This document shows, one piece after another, positions 8,487-18,278 of a stretch of 64,000 bases of DNA (position 1 is its first letter; each line of letters starts with the position of its first letter). A model generated the notes under the pieces. It searched no databases. It saw nothing but the letters and a program-made list of their open reading frames with translations, and had not been told where the DNA came from. The position numbers were made by a program, and so were the translations under genes. The DNA is taken from IMG/VR virus record IMGVR_UViG_3300040856_003054, positions 72,141 to 136,140 of that record; one strand, 5' to 3'. The DNA comes from a virus.

Positions 8487-9713
8487 ATGCTTTCTCTTCG
8501 ACCTCAACAGCAAGAGTTTATGTTTCTCTCTGGTCAGCACGATAAGATGCTGACCGTTGCTCCTACCAGTGCTGGTAAGAGTATTATGATGATTGCTGAT
8601 GCTCAACGTCAACTGCAAAGCAATCCTGATTCTACAATTCTGATCGTTGCACCAAAACTACTTTTGTGCAATCAACTCTCTGATGAGTTTGAGAAGTTTA
8701 TTCCTAACACTCACATTATTCATATGCACAGTGGAGACACTGAGCACACTCGCATCACTAACTTCCTAGAACTTGCTTATCATTGGGAAACAACTCCAGG
8801 TTCTAAGACAATCTTTACAACTTATCATTCTCTGCATAAAATTGCACAAGCAGAGATTGATATTGATGTGACTTATCTTGATGAAGCACACAATGCAACC
8901 AATCGTCGTTTCTTTGATTCTGTCAAAAGTATCAGCAAGAGTTCCAAACGATTCTATTCTCTGACTGCGACTCCTAAGTTCAGTCAGTCAAGTCGTCCTG
9001 GCAATAATGATGCTGAGGTTTTTGGTAGCAAGATCTTCAGTGTCAAAGCACCAGATCTGATTGAGAATGGTAGCATCCTTGCACCTAAGGTTTCTGTTGT
9101 GCAAGTATCTGCTGCACGGGAAAAGGATAGTGCAGCAGAACGAGACTTCTATACTCTCTGTGATACTATTCTCAATGAGGATGACATGGATAAAGTTCTG
9201 GTTGTTGCACCAAATACTAAGGTTTTGAATCAGATGCTATCAACCACTGCTCTCATTCCTGAGATGCGGAACAATGGTTATGATGTGCTTTGGATTACTT
9301 CAAAGCACGGTGCCTTTGTGAATGGTAAGAAAGTTGCGAGGTCTGAGTTTCTTCATACTCTTTCCGAATATGGTGCAGATCCTTCTCGCAAATTTGTTGT
9401 CTTCCACATTGGTATTCTGACTGAAGGTATTAGTGTGCCTGGTATTCAATCCTGCATCTTTATGCGAAATCAGAACTTTGTGTCTACTGTGCAGAGTATT
9501 GGTCGTTGCATCCGTGTACATCAAAAAGACACTGAACGTATGAAGAATGGGAACTTGATTCCTGGTGATTTTGATAACTATGTCAAACCTTTTGGTAAAG
9601 TTGTGATTCCAGTGTATAATAATCGTGTTGGTATTGCTACTGCACGTCGAGTTGAGAGTGTTGTGCAGGAAGTATTTGTCAACGGTAATTTTGTTGCTGA
9701 TTATGTAAAATGA
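8487..9713 (+). CDS. superfamily 2 helicase (ResIII-like)
   Basis: APTSAGKS (motif I), DEAH (II), TAT (III), QSIGRCIR (VI). Confidence 0.85.
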   Translation: MLSLRPQQQEFMFLSGQHDKMLTVAPTSAGKSIMMIADAQRQLQSNPDSTILIVAPKLLLCNQLSDEFEKFIPNTHIIHMHSGDTEHTRITNFLELAYHWETTPGSKTIFTTYHSLHKIAQAEIDIDVTYLDEAHNATNRRFFDSVKSISKSSKRFYSLTATPKFSQSSRPGNNDAEVFGSKIFSVKAPDLIENGSILAPKVSVVQVSAAREKDSAAERDFYTLCDTILNEDDMDKVLVVAPNTKVLNQMLSTTALIPEMRNNGYDVLWITSKHGAFVNGKKVARSEFLHTLSEYGADPSRKFVVFHIGILTEGISVPGIQSCIFMRNQNFVSTVQSIGRCIRVHQKDTERMKNGNLIPGDFDNYVKPFGKVVIPVYNNRVGIATARRVESVVQEVFVNGNFVADYVK

Positions 9714-9850
9714 GTTCTAAATCTGGATTTATAACATCTGATAACTATGCTGCAGTACCTTGGGGAAAGAGGTATGTTATCCTTTACAATGGACAGCAGT
9801 TGACTGATGTAAAAACTGTCCTTCAAGCACAAAAGTTTATCAAGCAGCAC

Positions 9851-9909
9851 CGTACCACTCCTCAAAGTGGCACAGTGTTTGTTTGATATCCCTTCTTTTA
9901 CTCTATAAT
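9851..9909 (+). promoter_or_regulatory. palindrome-associated early promoter
   Basis: GTACCACT-N6-AGTGGCAC; TATAAT at 9904. Confidence 0.65.
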
Positions 9910-9932
9910 TACTTTGTCCTCCACCAAAAACA

Positions 9933-12218
9933 ATGCAAAGAAAAAATCTTTGGGACCAAATCATTTCCCAAGCAATTCCTTCAGATAAAAACGGTGTTCT
10001 TTTTCTAAATCAAGAAATCAAAGATCTTGCAGACAAATATCCTTGCGGATTTTATGGTTTTACTAAACTCAGTGCATTTCTCAACAATGAATATAAGTGT
10101 GGTCAAACTGAAAAGTTTGCTGCTGAGAGGGTTCATGATCAACGTACAGCATCTGAACGCGAAGAGTATGTAATTGTTAGTTGGATTCCATCTCCTCTTG
10201 CAAAGATTAGTTCTCAGGATCAGCGTATTCTTCTTGAACTGCACAATCTCAAGCGTTGTACCTTGAGTAATGTTCTGGACTCTAATCGAACTTCAAAAGA
10301 GTGGGCAGTATTTCCTGATGATAATCCAGAGGAGATCTGGAGGAAGTATCTTGGTAGTAATGCAACCAAATTTGATCTTGGACTGACCATTTGGCAACTT
10401 GAAGCGATGGATCAGATCTTTACCTTTCTTGGTGAAGGTAAGAAAAAGATCATGGCAGAACTTGCTGCGCGATTTGGTAAGACTCTGGAATATCTTTCCT
10501 TGTTTGTTGCCAGCAAGTACAAAGTTATGGTTGTCGGAACCTATTACTTGACTGCACTCTCTTCCTTTGAGAAAGAGGTTTGTCGATATAAAGAGTTTTC
10601 TGATTTTGTTGTCCTTGAATTAGGATCGGAAACTTTTGAAGAAGATTTTGAGTATAATCTCAATCAGAATAAAAAGATTGTTGTTCTTGTCTCTCTTTGT
10701 GGTGATAAAGAAGTTGACCATAGTGTGCGCAACCAAAACGCATATATCATTGAACAATTCTCCAACAAAATCACCATCATTGATGAAGCAGACTATGGAG
10801 CACATACCGAGAGTTGTGTTCCCTTTGTAAATCGCATTGGTCACGGCGCACCTGTAATTCTCACTACAGGAACCAATAGCGAACGTGCAAGGGGTTTCCA
10901 TACTGATGTTGATGCTTTCTTCAGGGTTACTTACCTTGATATGCTCATGAAAGCAGGTACAAAACTGAGGATTAAAAATGCGATTGTCAATCAATTTAAG
11001 CGAGCAGATAAATTTGAAAGGAATCTTGCAAAGGTTCAATTCTATCGTTATGATTGGAGTCGCTTTTTGTCTTATATTGATGGTCATGAAGTAGAACTCA
11101 ATCCTTCATTTGCAAAGTGTTCCACAGATGTTTGTAAAAATTCTGGATTCTGGATTGGTCTATATCAATCCTTCATGGGCGTAAGTCCAATTATGGATGT
11201 AAATGATTATAGTCTCTTTAATTGTCTTGAGAACGACACTGCAAAATCAGTTATCCAATTTACAAGTATGGATAATAAACAGTTGGATGCTCTTGAATCT
11301 ATTGCAAAACCAATTCTAGATTCTCGCTATGATGTTTATGCTATTCATGGGGAAAAAATCAAAGGGAAAGACGCAGAACAATTTGTGAAGGATAAGATTC
11401 GAATTGCAGAATCTAAGGGCAAACATGTTTGGATTATTGCATGTAATATGTGCCAACGTTCCTTTAGTATTCCTGAGATCAATGTTGTCATTCTAACCTA
11501 TGATAATGGTGACACTGGCGCCACTGTGCAAAAAATGAGTCGTGCTTTGACTGCTGGTGACAGTAGAAAAATTGGTCACATTGTCTCTATTTCGATTGAT
11601 GGAAGTAGAGATGATAAAGTTACCACAATGATTATTGATACGGCAAAAGAAGTTGCTGATCATGAGGGAATTGATGTTGTTACTGCACTTCGTAAAGTCA
11701 TGAAGTCTCTTCCAATTTTCCAAATGGGAGAGGATGGTTATAATATTCGACTTGAACCTGATGAGTATTCTAAGGAAATTTTCTCATCCTCTAATTCTCA
11801 TCAACTTATTACCAATAATGCAAATTTTTTCCTGGATGATAATGGATATGAAGTTCTGTTAAAGTGTTCCAATGTCATCAAAAAACTTGATAAAAACAAA
11901 GTAGATGCTGCATTTGAACCTGGGAAAACTTATTTAACAAAAAGGGAGAATAGTCCTTCCCAAAGGACTAAAGATGAGATTGCAGAACTTCGTAAAACTC
12001 TCAGGAACATTGTAGATCGCATTGATTATTGTGTTCGACAGATTTCTAAAGTTGAACGTAAGATTGATTATGCAAAGTTTGTTTCTATTCTAGAGCAGAA
12101 GAAGTATGTGAGTGAAATCATTGGCATTGATTCTTCTGAACTACAAATTCTTGTGAATGACAATTACATTTGTAAAGATCTCTTTTCAATCTATCTTGAA
12201 TGTGTGGTGAGCAAATGA
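9933..12218 (+). CDS. SF2 helicase with N-terminal GIY-YIG/T5orf172-like domain
   Basis: GFYGF...YKCGQT...ERV...EW N-terminus; LAARFGKT, IIDEADYG, TTGT and QKMSR helicase motifs. Confidence 0.7.
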   Translation: MQRKNLWDQIISQAIPSDKNGVLFLNQEIKDLADKYPCGFYGFTKLSAFLNNEYKCGQTEKFAAERVHDQRTASEREEYVIVSWIPSPLAKISSQDQRILLELHNLKRCTLSNVLDSNRTSKEWAVFPDDNPEEIWRKYLGSNATKFDLGLTIWQLEAMDQIFTFLGEGKKKIMAELAARFGKTLEYLSLFVASKYKVMVVGTYYLTALSSFEKEVCRYKEFSDFVVLELGSETFEEDFEYNLNQNKKIVVLVSLCGDKEVDHSVRNQNAYIIEQFSNKITIIDEADYGAHTESCVPFVNRIGHGAPVILTTGTNSERARGFHTDVDAFFRVTYLDMLMKAGTKLRIKNAIVNQFKRADKFERNLAKVQFYRYDWSRFLSYIDGHEVELNPSFAKCSTDVCKNSGFWIGLYQSFMGVSPIMDVNDYSLFNCLENDTAKSVIQFTSMDNKQLDALESIAKPILDSRYDVYAIHGEKIKGKDAEQFVKDKIRIAESKGKHVWIIACNMCQRSFSIPEINVVILTYDNGDTGATVQKMSRALTAGDSRKIGHIVSISIDGSRDDKVTTMIIDTAKEVADHEGIDVVTALRKVMKSLPIFQMGEDGYNIRLEPDEYSKEIFSSSNSHQLITNNANFFLDDNGYEVLLKCSNVIKKLDKNKVDAAFEPGKTYLTKRENSPSQRTKDEIAELRKTLRNIVDRIDYCVRQISKVERKIDYAKFVSILEQKKYVSEIIGIDSSELQILVNDNYICKDLFSIYLECVVSK

Positions 12219-13060
12219 CTTTTCTTACTATTGAACAATACCAAAAGTATTTCTCCTGTGATGAGAATACTTTGATTCTTGGTTCTCCTCAAATTGCACT
12301 AATTGCCGATCTTCTTGGTGAAAAGTTTGTCTATGCTTCTACCATTGATGATGTGAATAAGAAGTATGATCGGGTTTTGATTGATGTTGAGGAGGGGAAA
12401 CAATATCGTAACATCAAACAAAAAACTGAGAAAACATGGTACAATGATGCTGTAAAGTGTCTGAGTAAGACTGGTGTATTGATTGGAGCATTTCCAAGGA
12501 AAGTTTGCTCTTCATTTTCCTCTTCCACTCAAGCACATCGAAGAGGTGTTATCAAACAATCTGGTTATGATATTACCATGATTGAAAACGATAGAATGAT
12601 TGTGAAAAATAATTCACAGTCTCTCTCTACCATTCAATATGGGAACAAGACAATTACTTTGGACACTAAAAAAGTACCAATCCTTCACACATACAACGAA
12701 AAGCATTATAATTACTTAATGCAAACTGATCTCTCAAAATCTATTGAGAAATACTCTCTTCCAGGTAAAAAAATTCGCAACATTGAAGGAGACAAAAAGG
12801 AAATAAATGAGATGGGTAAAGAAGGTCTATTGATCTTCACAAATTGTCGCTCTCTTAAAGTTATTAAACTTGAAGATGTTGATAAATTGAGTTCCGCTGC
12901 AGATTGTCATTTGTTCCCATCTGTAAAGGAAAGAGATCTCTACTATAATGCTCTTTTGTCTCTAAAGGTTCAAGAATTTGCAATGAATCTTTCTCATTAT
13001 CAACCAATCAATGTTAAAATGAGATCATACCTGTTCAATCCAAATATTTTTTCGCTGTAG
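12200..13060 (+). CDS. degenerate N6-MTase-like protein
   Basis: KKYDRVLIDVEE...WYNDAVKCLSKTGVLIGAFP resembles the KFDxIIGNPPY...LKxxGxLxxIxP pattern of gamma MTases but lacks NPPY; overlaps the helicase stop. Confidence 0.4.
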   Translation: MCGEQMTFLTIEQYQKYFSCDENTLILGSPQIALIADLLGEKFVYASTIDDVNKKYDRVLIDVEEGKQYRNIKQKTEKTWYNDAVKCLSKTGVLIGAFPRKVCSSFSSSTQAHRRGVIKQSGYDITMIENDRMIVKNNSQSLSTIQYGNKTITLDTKKVPILHTYNEKHYNYLMQTDLSKSIEKYSLPGKKIRNIEGDKKEINEMGKEGLLIFTNCRSLKVIKLEDVDKLSSAADCHLFPSVKERDLYYNALLSLKVQEFAMNLSHYQPINVKMRSYLFNPNIFSL

Positions 13061-13064
13061 TTTT

Positions 13065-13901
13065 ATGAAATATACATCCACAAGTTTATATCGCTATGCT
13101 GGTGGTAAAAACAAAATGAAAGATGAGATCATTAAGATCATTGATGAGGTTCATCCAAATCTAGAAAGAATGATGTCACCTTTCATGGGTGGTGGATGTA
13201 TCGAACTCTCACTTGCAGCAAGAGGTGTAAAGGTTCAAGCATATGACTTGTTCCGACCTCTTGCTGATTTTTGGGAGATTCTTACAACTGAAGGTGGAAA
13301 AAGAATTGCAGAAGAAGCAGCAAAGCACTATCCAGTGAGAGATAGAGAACACTACAAATCATTTCTACCACTGCTTGAGAGTGACGATAAGTTCACTCGG
13401 GCGTGGTCTTTTTATATTTCTATCAAATGTGCATTTAGCGGAGATCTTGGTCACACATCAGAATCATCAAGAAAGAATCTCTGTGCTGCGAGTTTGATTA
13501 AACTTGCAGGATTCCATAATCCAAACTTCTCATTCTCTTTTGGAGATTGCTTTGAGACAATACCAAAGCATCAGAATGACTTTTTATACTTGGATCCACC
13601 ATACTATAAGACAACTTCATACTATTATGGTATTGATGGAAGCACACATGAAGGATTCAATCACGATAAACTTGCAGAGATCTTGAAAGAACATGAAGGT
13701 GGATTTGTGATGTCTTATGACAACACAGATTATCTCAAAGAACTCTACAAGGATTGGACAGAGTTTCGCTATCTTGAATTTGATTATCAGATGGCGGGTG
13801 ATGTAAGTCGTAGGGGTAAAAAGACCGAACTTATTCTCATTAAAGAACCCAAAATCAAACCAGAATCTAATGTAAATGTCTTGGAGAGTTTATTGTATTG
13901 A
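13065..13901 (+). CDS. dam: DNA adenine methyltransferase (Dam/D12 family)
   Basis: RYAGGK, PFMGGG (motif I), YLDPPY (motif IV). Confidence 0.9.
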   Translation: MKYTSTSLYRYAGGKNKMKDEIIKIIDEVHPNLERMMSPFMGGGCIELSLAARGVKVQAYDLFRPLADFWEILTTEGGKRIAEEAAKHYPVRDREHYKSFLPLLESDDKFTRAWSFYISIKCAFSGDLGHTSESSRKNLCAASLIKLAGFHNPNFSFSFGDCFETIPKHQNDFLYLDPPYYKTTSYYYGIDGSTHEGFNHDKLAEILKEHEGGFVMSYDNTDYLKELYKDWTEFRYLEFDYQMAGDVSRRGKKTELILIKEPKIKPESNVNVLESLLY

Positions 13902-13958
13902 GGACACTTGGAGAAGTGTCCTACAGGTGCTTGAGGGGGTCGCAGGAGACCCTATAAT
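13901..13958 (+). promoter_or_regulatory. palindrome-associated early promoter
   Basis: Perfect AGGACACTT-GGAG-AAGTGTCCT; TTGAGG at 13931; TATAAT at 13953. Confidence 0.75.
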
Positions 13959-13984
13959 ACAAAGGTAATCGACAGGACACTTCA

Positions 13985-14398
13985 ATGGCGACCAGAGGAA
14001 GAATCGGCATCGAACTCAAAAATGGTTCGGTGCTTTCTGTTTATCACCATTGGGACTCATATGAATCTTGGTTGGGTCGTATTCTGAACACTCACTACAA
14101 CACCCGTCAGAAAGTTGCTGAACTAATTGATGGGGGTGATATGAGTTCCTGCTGGTCTGATGATCGTTGGGATGATAGTGCTGATGGTTCTTATGGTCCT
14201 CAATACTACTCCCAAAGGGGCGAAGATCGCCCACCACGACTTGATGCTAACCTTGCAGAGTATTTGCTCCCTGATGGTGCAGAAGAGTTCCACTACATTT
14301 TTCGTAACGGTGAATGGGTGTGCTATAATATGAATCAGTTTGATGATTCCAAACTACCTGAAATCGTCGAAATTCCTTCTGCTGCTCTTTACGTTTGA
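13985..14398 (+). CDS. conserved phage hypothetical protein (YxHWD family)
   Basis: MATRGRIGI...SVYHHWDSY..WLG.IL. Confidence 0.7.
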   Translation: MATRGRIGIELKNGSVLSVYHHWDSYESWLGRILNTHYNTRQKVAELIDGGDMSSCWSDDRWDDSADGSYGPQYYSQRGEDRPPRLDANLAEYLLPDGAEEFHYIFRNGEWVCYNMNQFDDSKLPEIVEIPSAALYV

Positions 14399-14649
14399 AC
14401 ATTATCATGGAAACTATGGAATTGAACGAAACCAACTATTGCGATCAGCAACCTGTCACAGTGGAGTTTACTTTTGAAGAACATGATCTTCTCAATGACA
14501 TTCTGTGTCATGCTTCTGATGGAATGTATGTAGCATGTCCAAATTATCATGAACTTCCAGAAGATTCTGAATTTGTGCAACGATTCAAGATGCTTGAACA
14601 ACTCAGGCATAAATCTAATCAACTTTGGGCACAACGATTTGGTAACTGA
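14395..14649 (+). CDS. hypothetical protein
   Basis: Packed ORF; start uncertain. Confidence 0.55.
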   Translation: MNIIMETMELNETNYCDQQPVTVEFTFEEHDLLNDILCHASDGMYVACPNYHELPEDSEFVQRFKMLEQLRHKSNQLWAQRFGN

Positions 14650-14652
14650 TTC

Positions 14653-14844
14653 ATGAAAACTTCTACTGCTCTTGGTGTTGCTTTTGGTGTACTTGTTCTT
14701 GCTGTTGCAGGACTATTTTTCCAAGCATGGATACTTGGAATTATTCTTTCTTGGTTTAGTGTCTCGTTGACATTCTGGCAAAACTTTCTTATTATTCTTC
14801 TTGCCAATATGATTACTTACAACTCTGGAGGTTCTTCTAAGTGA
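14653..14844 (+). CDS. small membrane protein
   Basis: Two hydrophobic segments. Confidence 0.6.
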   Translation: MKTSTALGVAFGVLVLAVAGLFFQAWILGIILSWFSVSLTFWQNFLIILLANMITYNSGGSSK

Positions 14845-15083
14845 ATCGTAAATATGTCGCATCATTTGTATTAGGTTTTCTTGCTATTATTGGATGGAAT
14901 GTGTTTCTAATCCAACGCGATGAGCGACTTTATGATTCATACTATCGCGCAAAAGCGATAGAGAATCTTCAGAAACCTCCATCTGCAGAGATTCGGTGAT
15001 TTACTTTCTTCTCATCTCTGCAGCATTTGGATGGTGCTTTACTGTCCTATTCTCAAAACACTTCAACTATCTGGACGAGAACA

Positions 15084-15221
15084 ATGATTCCCAAAAGCAT
15101 CCGTGACCTTATCAAAAAAGCAGAAATGGACAAAGTAGCAGAAGAGTTTTGGAAAGAGATTGAGGCAGAAGCAGCGGCAAGAGAAGTAACCGTAGAATAC
15201 TATTTGGCCGAGTTCTATTAA
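15084..15221 (+). CDS. small hypothetical protein
   Basis: ATG at 15084; ends EVTVEYYLAEFY. Confidence 0.55.
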   Translation: MIPKSIRDLIKKAEMDKVAEEFWKEIEAEAAAREVTVEYYLAEFY

Positions 15222-15222
15222 C

Positions 15223-15251
15223 TTGACAAGCAACACTTTTAATTCTAAACT
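15223..15251 (+). promoter_or_regulatory. sigma70-like promoter without palindrome
   Basis: TTGACA-17-TAAACT. Confidence 0.65.
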
Positions 15252-15274
15252 TGAGAGGTAATTTACACAAACAA

Positions 15275-15514
15275 ATGGCACAAAAGTTCTTGTATATCGT
15301 CGATCACTTTTGCAACTTTCCCCGTTCAGAATATGGTGGAATTTGGAATGTTATTGCAGAAGATGACGATGAATGTTTCGATTTGATTAAAGATTATGAT
15401 GATGGTTTCAACGAAGAATATTATGTAAATCTTCGTGAAAAAGTAGTCAATGCAAGAACTTATGCTCTTGCTGAAGATGTAGAATCCACTATTGTTGAAA
15501 GTTTCACCACCTGA
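15275..15514 (+). CDS. hypothetical protein
   Basis: MAQKFLYIVDH...SEYGGIWNVIA. Confidence 0.65.
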   Translation: MAQKFLYIVDHFCNFPRSEYGGIWNVIAEDDDECFDLIKDYDDGFNEEYYVNLREKVVNARTYALAEDVESTIVESFTT

Positions 15515-15661
15515 TTATGACACAAAATGTTGCCCACTCGAACAAAATGTTGGTTGATTTGAAAGAACAATACCAAGCACAAATCAGTCGCCTTCAGAAT
15601 AAAATCAGTGAGCAAGAGCAGGAAATCTTGAAACTTAAAACACTGATTTCTCTTCTATCTG

Positions 15662-15964
15662 TTGAAAGAGAATATGACGTGTGAAGTTCCTCCTCTACCC
15701 TATTCCCCCCCAGAGGGGTATTTTTATGAAGCAGAAGAGTTCAAGAGGAATGTTGTTAGTATCTGGTTATGTAATACTCACAAGTTTGTCTATAATGGTG
15801 GTGTTCAAACCAGAACTATTCACTCTTTTTACAACACCAAAACCAGAGAATACTTTGCCCCAATCAATAGTAAGACCATTGGTGCTTGTGTAAATATCAA
15901 GGAAACGCGGAATTACTCTGCGATGCCGATTAAATATATCGGATTGGAGCAGTTCTTTGTATGA
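15662..15964 (+). CDS. hypothetical protein
   Basis: PPEGY...SIWL...YFAPINSK, cyanophage-type. Confidence 0.6.
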   Translation: MKENMTCEVPPLPYSPPEGYFYEAEEFKRNVVSIWLCNTHKFVYNGGVQTRTIHSFYNTKTREYFAPINSKTIGACVNIKETRNYSAMPIKYIGLEQFFV

Positions 15965-16227
15965 CAGAATACATTCCAAAAATCAATGATTATGTTGTAT
16001 GGACAAAAGGTGTTGAAGGTTGGATTTATTTTGTGGATGAAGAATACATCACCATTGAGTATATTGTTCGCCCAAAAAATAAAGTAAACTATCGCGCTTG
16101 TCCTATTCATGCAAATGAAAGATTGCTTGTGGTTTGTTATAAGGAACAATGGAACGAATTAGAATACATCAAGTCCCGTCAATCAATCTATGAAGAAGAG
16201 GAAAACTGCTTGGCGATTGTAAGTTAG
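15961..16227 (+). CDS. hypothetical protein
   Basis: Coupled ORF; DYVVW...EGWIYF. Confidence 0.6.
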   Translation: MTEYIPKINDYVVWTKGVEGWIYFVDEEYITIEYIVRPKNKVNYRACPIHANERLLVVCYKEQWNELEYIKSRQSIYEEEENCLAIVS

Positions 16228-16231
16228 TATT

Positions 16232-16279
16232 GTGGGCAGCAACATTGCGGGGGCGTAAGGTTGTGTAAGTCCCACTTTT
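16232..16279 (+). ncRNA. variant antisense hairpin cassette B
   Basis: GTGGG/CCCAC stem plus T-run; loop TTGCGGGGG at 16245-16253 is complementary to CCCCCGCAA at 16298-16306. Confidence 0.5.
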
Positions 16280-16283
16280 ATGG

Positions 16284-16291
16284 TATAAATA
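16284..16291 (+). promoter_or_regulatory. T4-type late promoter TATAAATA
   Basis: Exact consensus. Confidence 0.8.
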
Positions 16292-16310
16292 ATAATACCC
16301 CCGCAAAAGA

Positions 16311-17087
16311 ATGATGAACTATCTAAAAGTTTATTGTAACCTCATCAGGAAAGCAGAGAATAGAACTCCACCTGAAGGTTATACGGAAAAACATCATATA
16401 TTTCCAAAGAGCATTTATGGAAATAACAATAGAGTTGTAATTTTCACTGCAAGAGAGCACTATATTGCTCACGCATTATTGGAAAAAGTTTGTATCCAAA
16501 GGTATGGATTGAAAGATAAAAGAACTATAAAAATGATTTATGCCCATAGTGGAATGAAAGGTAATAATGGTTATATCAATTCCACTTTATATGAAGGTGC
16601 AAGAAAAAGAAGAAGTGATAATATGAAAGGAAAACCTTTGTATATTCCAACTGAAAAGCATAAAGAAGAAATCAGACAAAGAAGATTGGGAACCAAAGCA
16701 TCCGAAGAAACAAAAAGAAAAATGAGCGAATCGCATAGAGGTAAAAAATGTCCTCCAAGAAGTGAAGAATGGAAAAAAAGGGTGGGTGAGAGAATGAAAA
16801 AATATGTTGGAGAAAAAAATCCTTTTTATGGAAAAAAACATACAGAAGAAACTAAAAGAAAGATAAGTGATTCGAAAAAAGGTAAAAAGTATGATAAGAA
16901 AATAATAAAAAAATCAAAATACTTATGCAAAGTTAAAAATTCCAAAGGAGAAGTATTTTCTACCACAAATTTAAAAAATTTTTGTAGAGAAAATAATCTA
17001 AACCCCAGTTGCATGTATAGAATAATATCTGGCAAACAAATTCAACATAAAGGATGGGAAATTGTTGAAAGAATTAAAATAGAATGA
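16311..17087 (+). CDS. free-standing HNH (Mob-like) homing endonuclease with NUMOD3 repeats
   Basis: N-terminus nearly identical to 1451-2086; EETKRKMSES and NPFYGKKHTEETKRKIS. Confidence 0.8.
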   Translation: MMNYLKVYCNLIRKAENRTPPEGYTEKHHIFPKSIYGNNNRVVIFTAREHYIAHALLEKVCIQRYGLKDKRTIKMIYAHSGMKGNNGYINSTLYEGARKRRSDNMKGKPLYIPTEKHKEEIRQRRLGTKASEETKRKMSESHRGKKCPPRSEEWKKRVGERMKKYVGEKNPFYGKKHTEETKRKISDSKKGKKYDKKIIKKSKYLCKVKNSKGEVFSTTNLKNFCRENNLNPSCMYRIISGKQIQHKGWEIVERIKIE

Positions 17088-17353
17088 AAAAGAAAAAAGG
17101 ATTTCTTTATTATGTTTACTGTGCTTTGGGTGAAAAATCTCATCCACATTGCAACAAAACAGCAGATAGAGTTGCTCTTATTCGTTTATTGATTACTCTA
17201 CAAATTTTAATCACTAATGGTTTTATTGTTGCTAATGCCATCCGACATTGGAATGATAAAACAACCATCCAAGTTGTGATTGATTCTTCAACTCTTCCAG
17301 AATATCAAACACCAGAAGCAATAAAAACTAATAAATCCTTTGAGTTCGAATAA
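17084..17353 (+). CDS. small membrane-associated hypothetical protein
   Basis: ALGEK...ADRVALIR...TNGFIVANAIRHW. Confidence 0.6.
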   Translation: MKKKKGFLYYVYCALGEKSHPHCNKTADRVALIRLLITLQILITNGFIVANAIRHWNDKTTIQVVIDSSTLPEYQTPEAIKTNKSFEFE

Positions 17354-17372
17354 ATAATCAAAAACAAGAAAG

Positions 17373-17789
17373 ATGCTGACATTTAGAGAGTTCTACGAAA
17401 TCTGTGAAGGTAAGAAACCTGATACTCCTCCACACGCAGTTCCTGGGACTGTGAATAGAGATTCTAGTGGCACTCTAACATATACTCTTCAGCGTTATGA
17501 TGGACCAAAGGTTAAACCATCAAAGAAAGAAATTGAGAACCAAGTATTAGACCAGAGTGGTAGAAACAAAGTAGAAAAACATGCCAAGAGAGTGGCAAAG
17601 TCAATTAAAAAAATTGAAGAAGATATTGAAACAAGACGTAGAGAGTTGAGACAGAGACAAAAAGATCAAATGTCAGCACAAAGAGAACGTGTTGCAGGTT
17701 ATCATGCAGCACAACAAGAGAAAAAAGAAAAGGAATCAGAAAGAGAAGAACTTAAAAAAGAAATCAAGAGAGAACTCAAGGACAGTTGA
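17373..17789 (+). CDS. probable capsid-internal protein
   Basis: Late promoter AATAAATA at 17349; N-terminal MLTFREFYEICE resembles the T4 capsid-targeting sequence; highly charged. Confidence 0.5.
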   Translation: MLTFREFYEICEGKKPDTPPHAVPGTVNRDSSGTLTYTLQRYDGPKVKPSKKEIENQVLDQSGRNKVEKHAKRVAKSIKKIEEDIETRRRELRQRQKDQMSAQRERVAGYHAAQQEKKEKESEREELKKEIKRELKDS

Positions 17790-17836
17790 GGAACCGTCCA
17801 CCATTCTCACACAAGCACCTTAATCTCCTGTATATT
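17780..17836 (+). promoter_or_regulatory. palindrome-associated early promoter
   Basis: GGACAGTT-GAGG-AACCGTCC; TGTATATT -10 region. Confidence 0.65.
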
Positions 17837-17862
17837 ACATTTGTTCAGTTGAGGAACACCAA

Positions 17863-17994
17863 ATGAATCACTTTGATGATATTCAGGTTGAAGAACTTGA
17901 AAACTTTGACTTTTGTTTTGATGGTCTCTTCGATGAAGAAGAGAAAGATGCACAATCTTTCAACTCTTACCTGAACTCTAACATTGATTATTGA
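17863..17994 (+). CDS. small acidic protein (43 aa)
   Basis: Manually read ORF MNHFDDIQVEE..., GAGG SD-like sequence. Confidence 0.55.
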   Translation: MNHFDDIQVEELENFDFCFDGLFDEEEKDAQSFNSYLNSNIDY

Positions 17995-17996
17995 TT

Positions 17997-18203
17997 ATGA
18001 CTGACACTGTTAATGTTCTTCCTCACATCCGAGAACTGAAAGATACTTGGCGTCGTCAAGATTTCAGTTTCACTAAATCGCAGAAAGAAGAATACGATCT
18101 CTTGATTGCTGCTCGTCGTGAAAGGGTAAAACAACATTATAAAGAAGGAAAAGTTTGCACAATCAGCAAATCTGCAATGGACAAACTTAAAGAAGATAAC
18201 TAA
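17997..18203 (+). CDS. hypothetical protein
   Basis: MTDTVNVLPHIRELKDTWRRQDF. Confidence 0.6.
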   Translation: MTDTVNVLPHIRELKDTWRRQDFSFTKSQKEEYDLLIAARRERVKQHYKEGKVCTISKSAMDKLKEDN

Positions 18204-18269
18204 ATAATGATGCCTGAAGTTGACTGACATCTCTACAGGCAGAGGAGGAGCAGAAATGCTCCTTTTCTT
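18199..18269 (+). ncRNA. candidate antisense sRNA / RNA switch cassette C
   Basis: ACTAAATA; stem TGCCTG/CAGGCA; loop AAGTTGACTGAC at 18217-18228 is the reverse complement of 18284-18295; AGGAGCA-GAAA-TGCTCCT terminator. Confidence 0.65.
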
Positions 18270-18270
18270 G

Positions 18271-18278
18271 TATAAATA
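18271..18278 (+). promoter_or_regulatory. T4-type late promoter TATAAATA
   Basis: Exact consensus. Confidence 0.8.
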
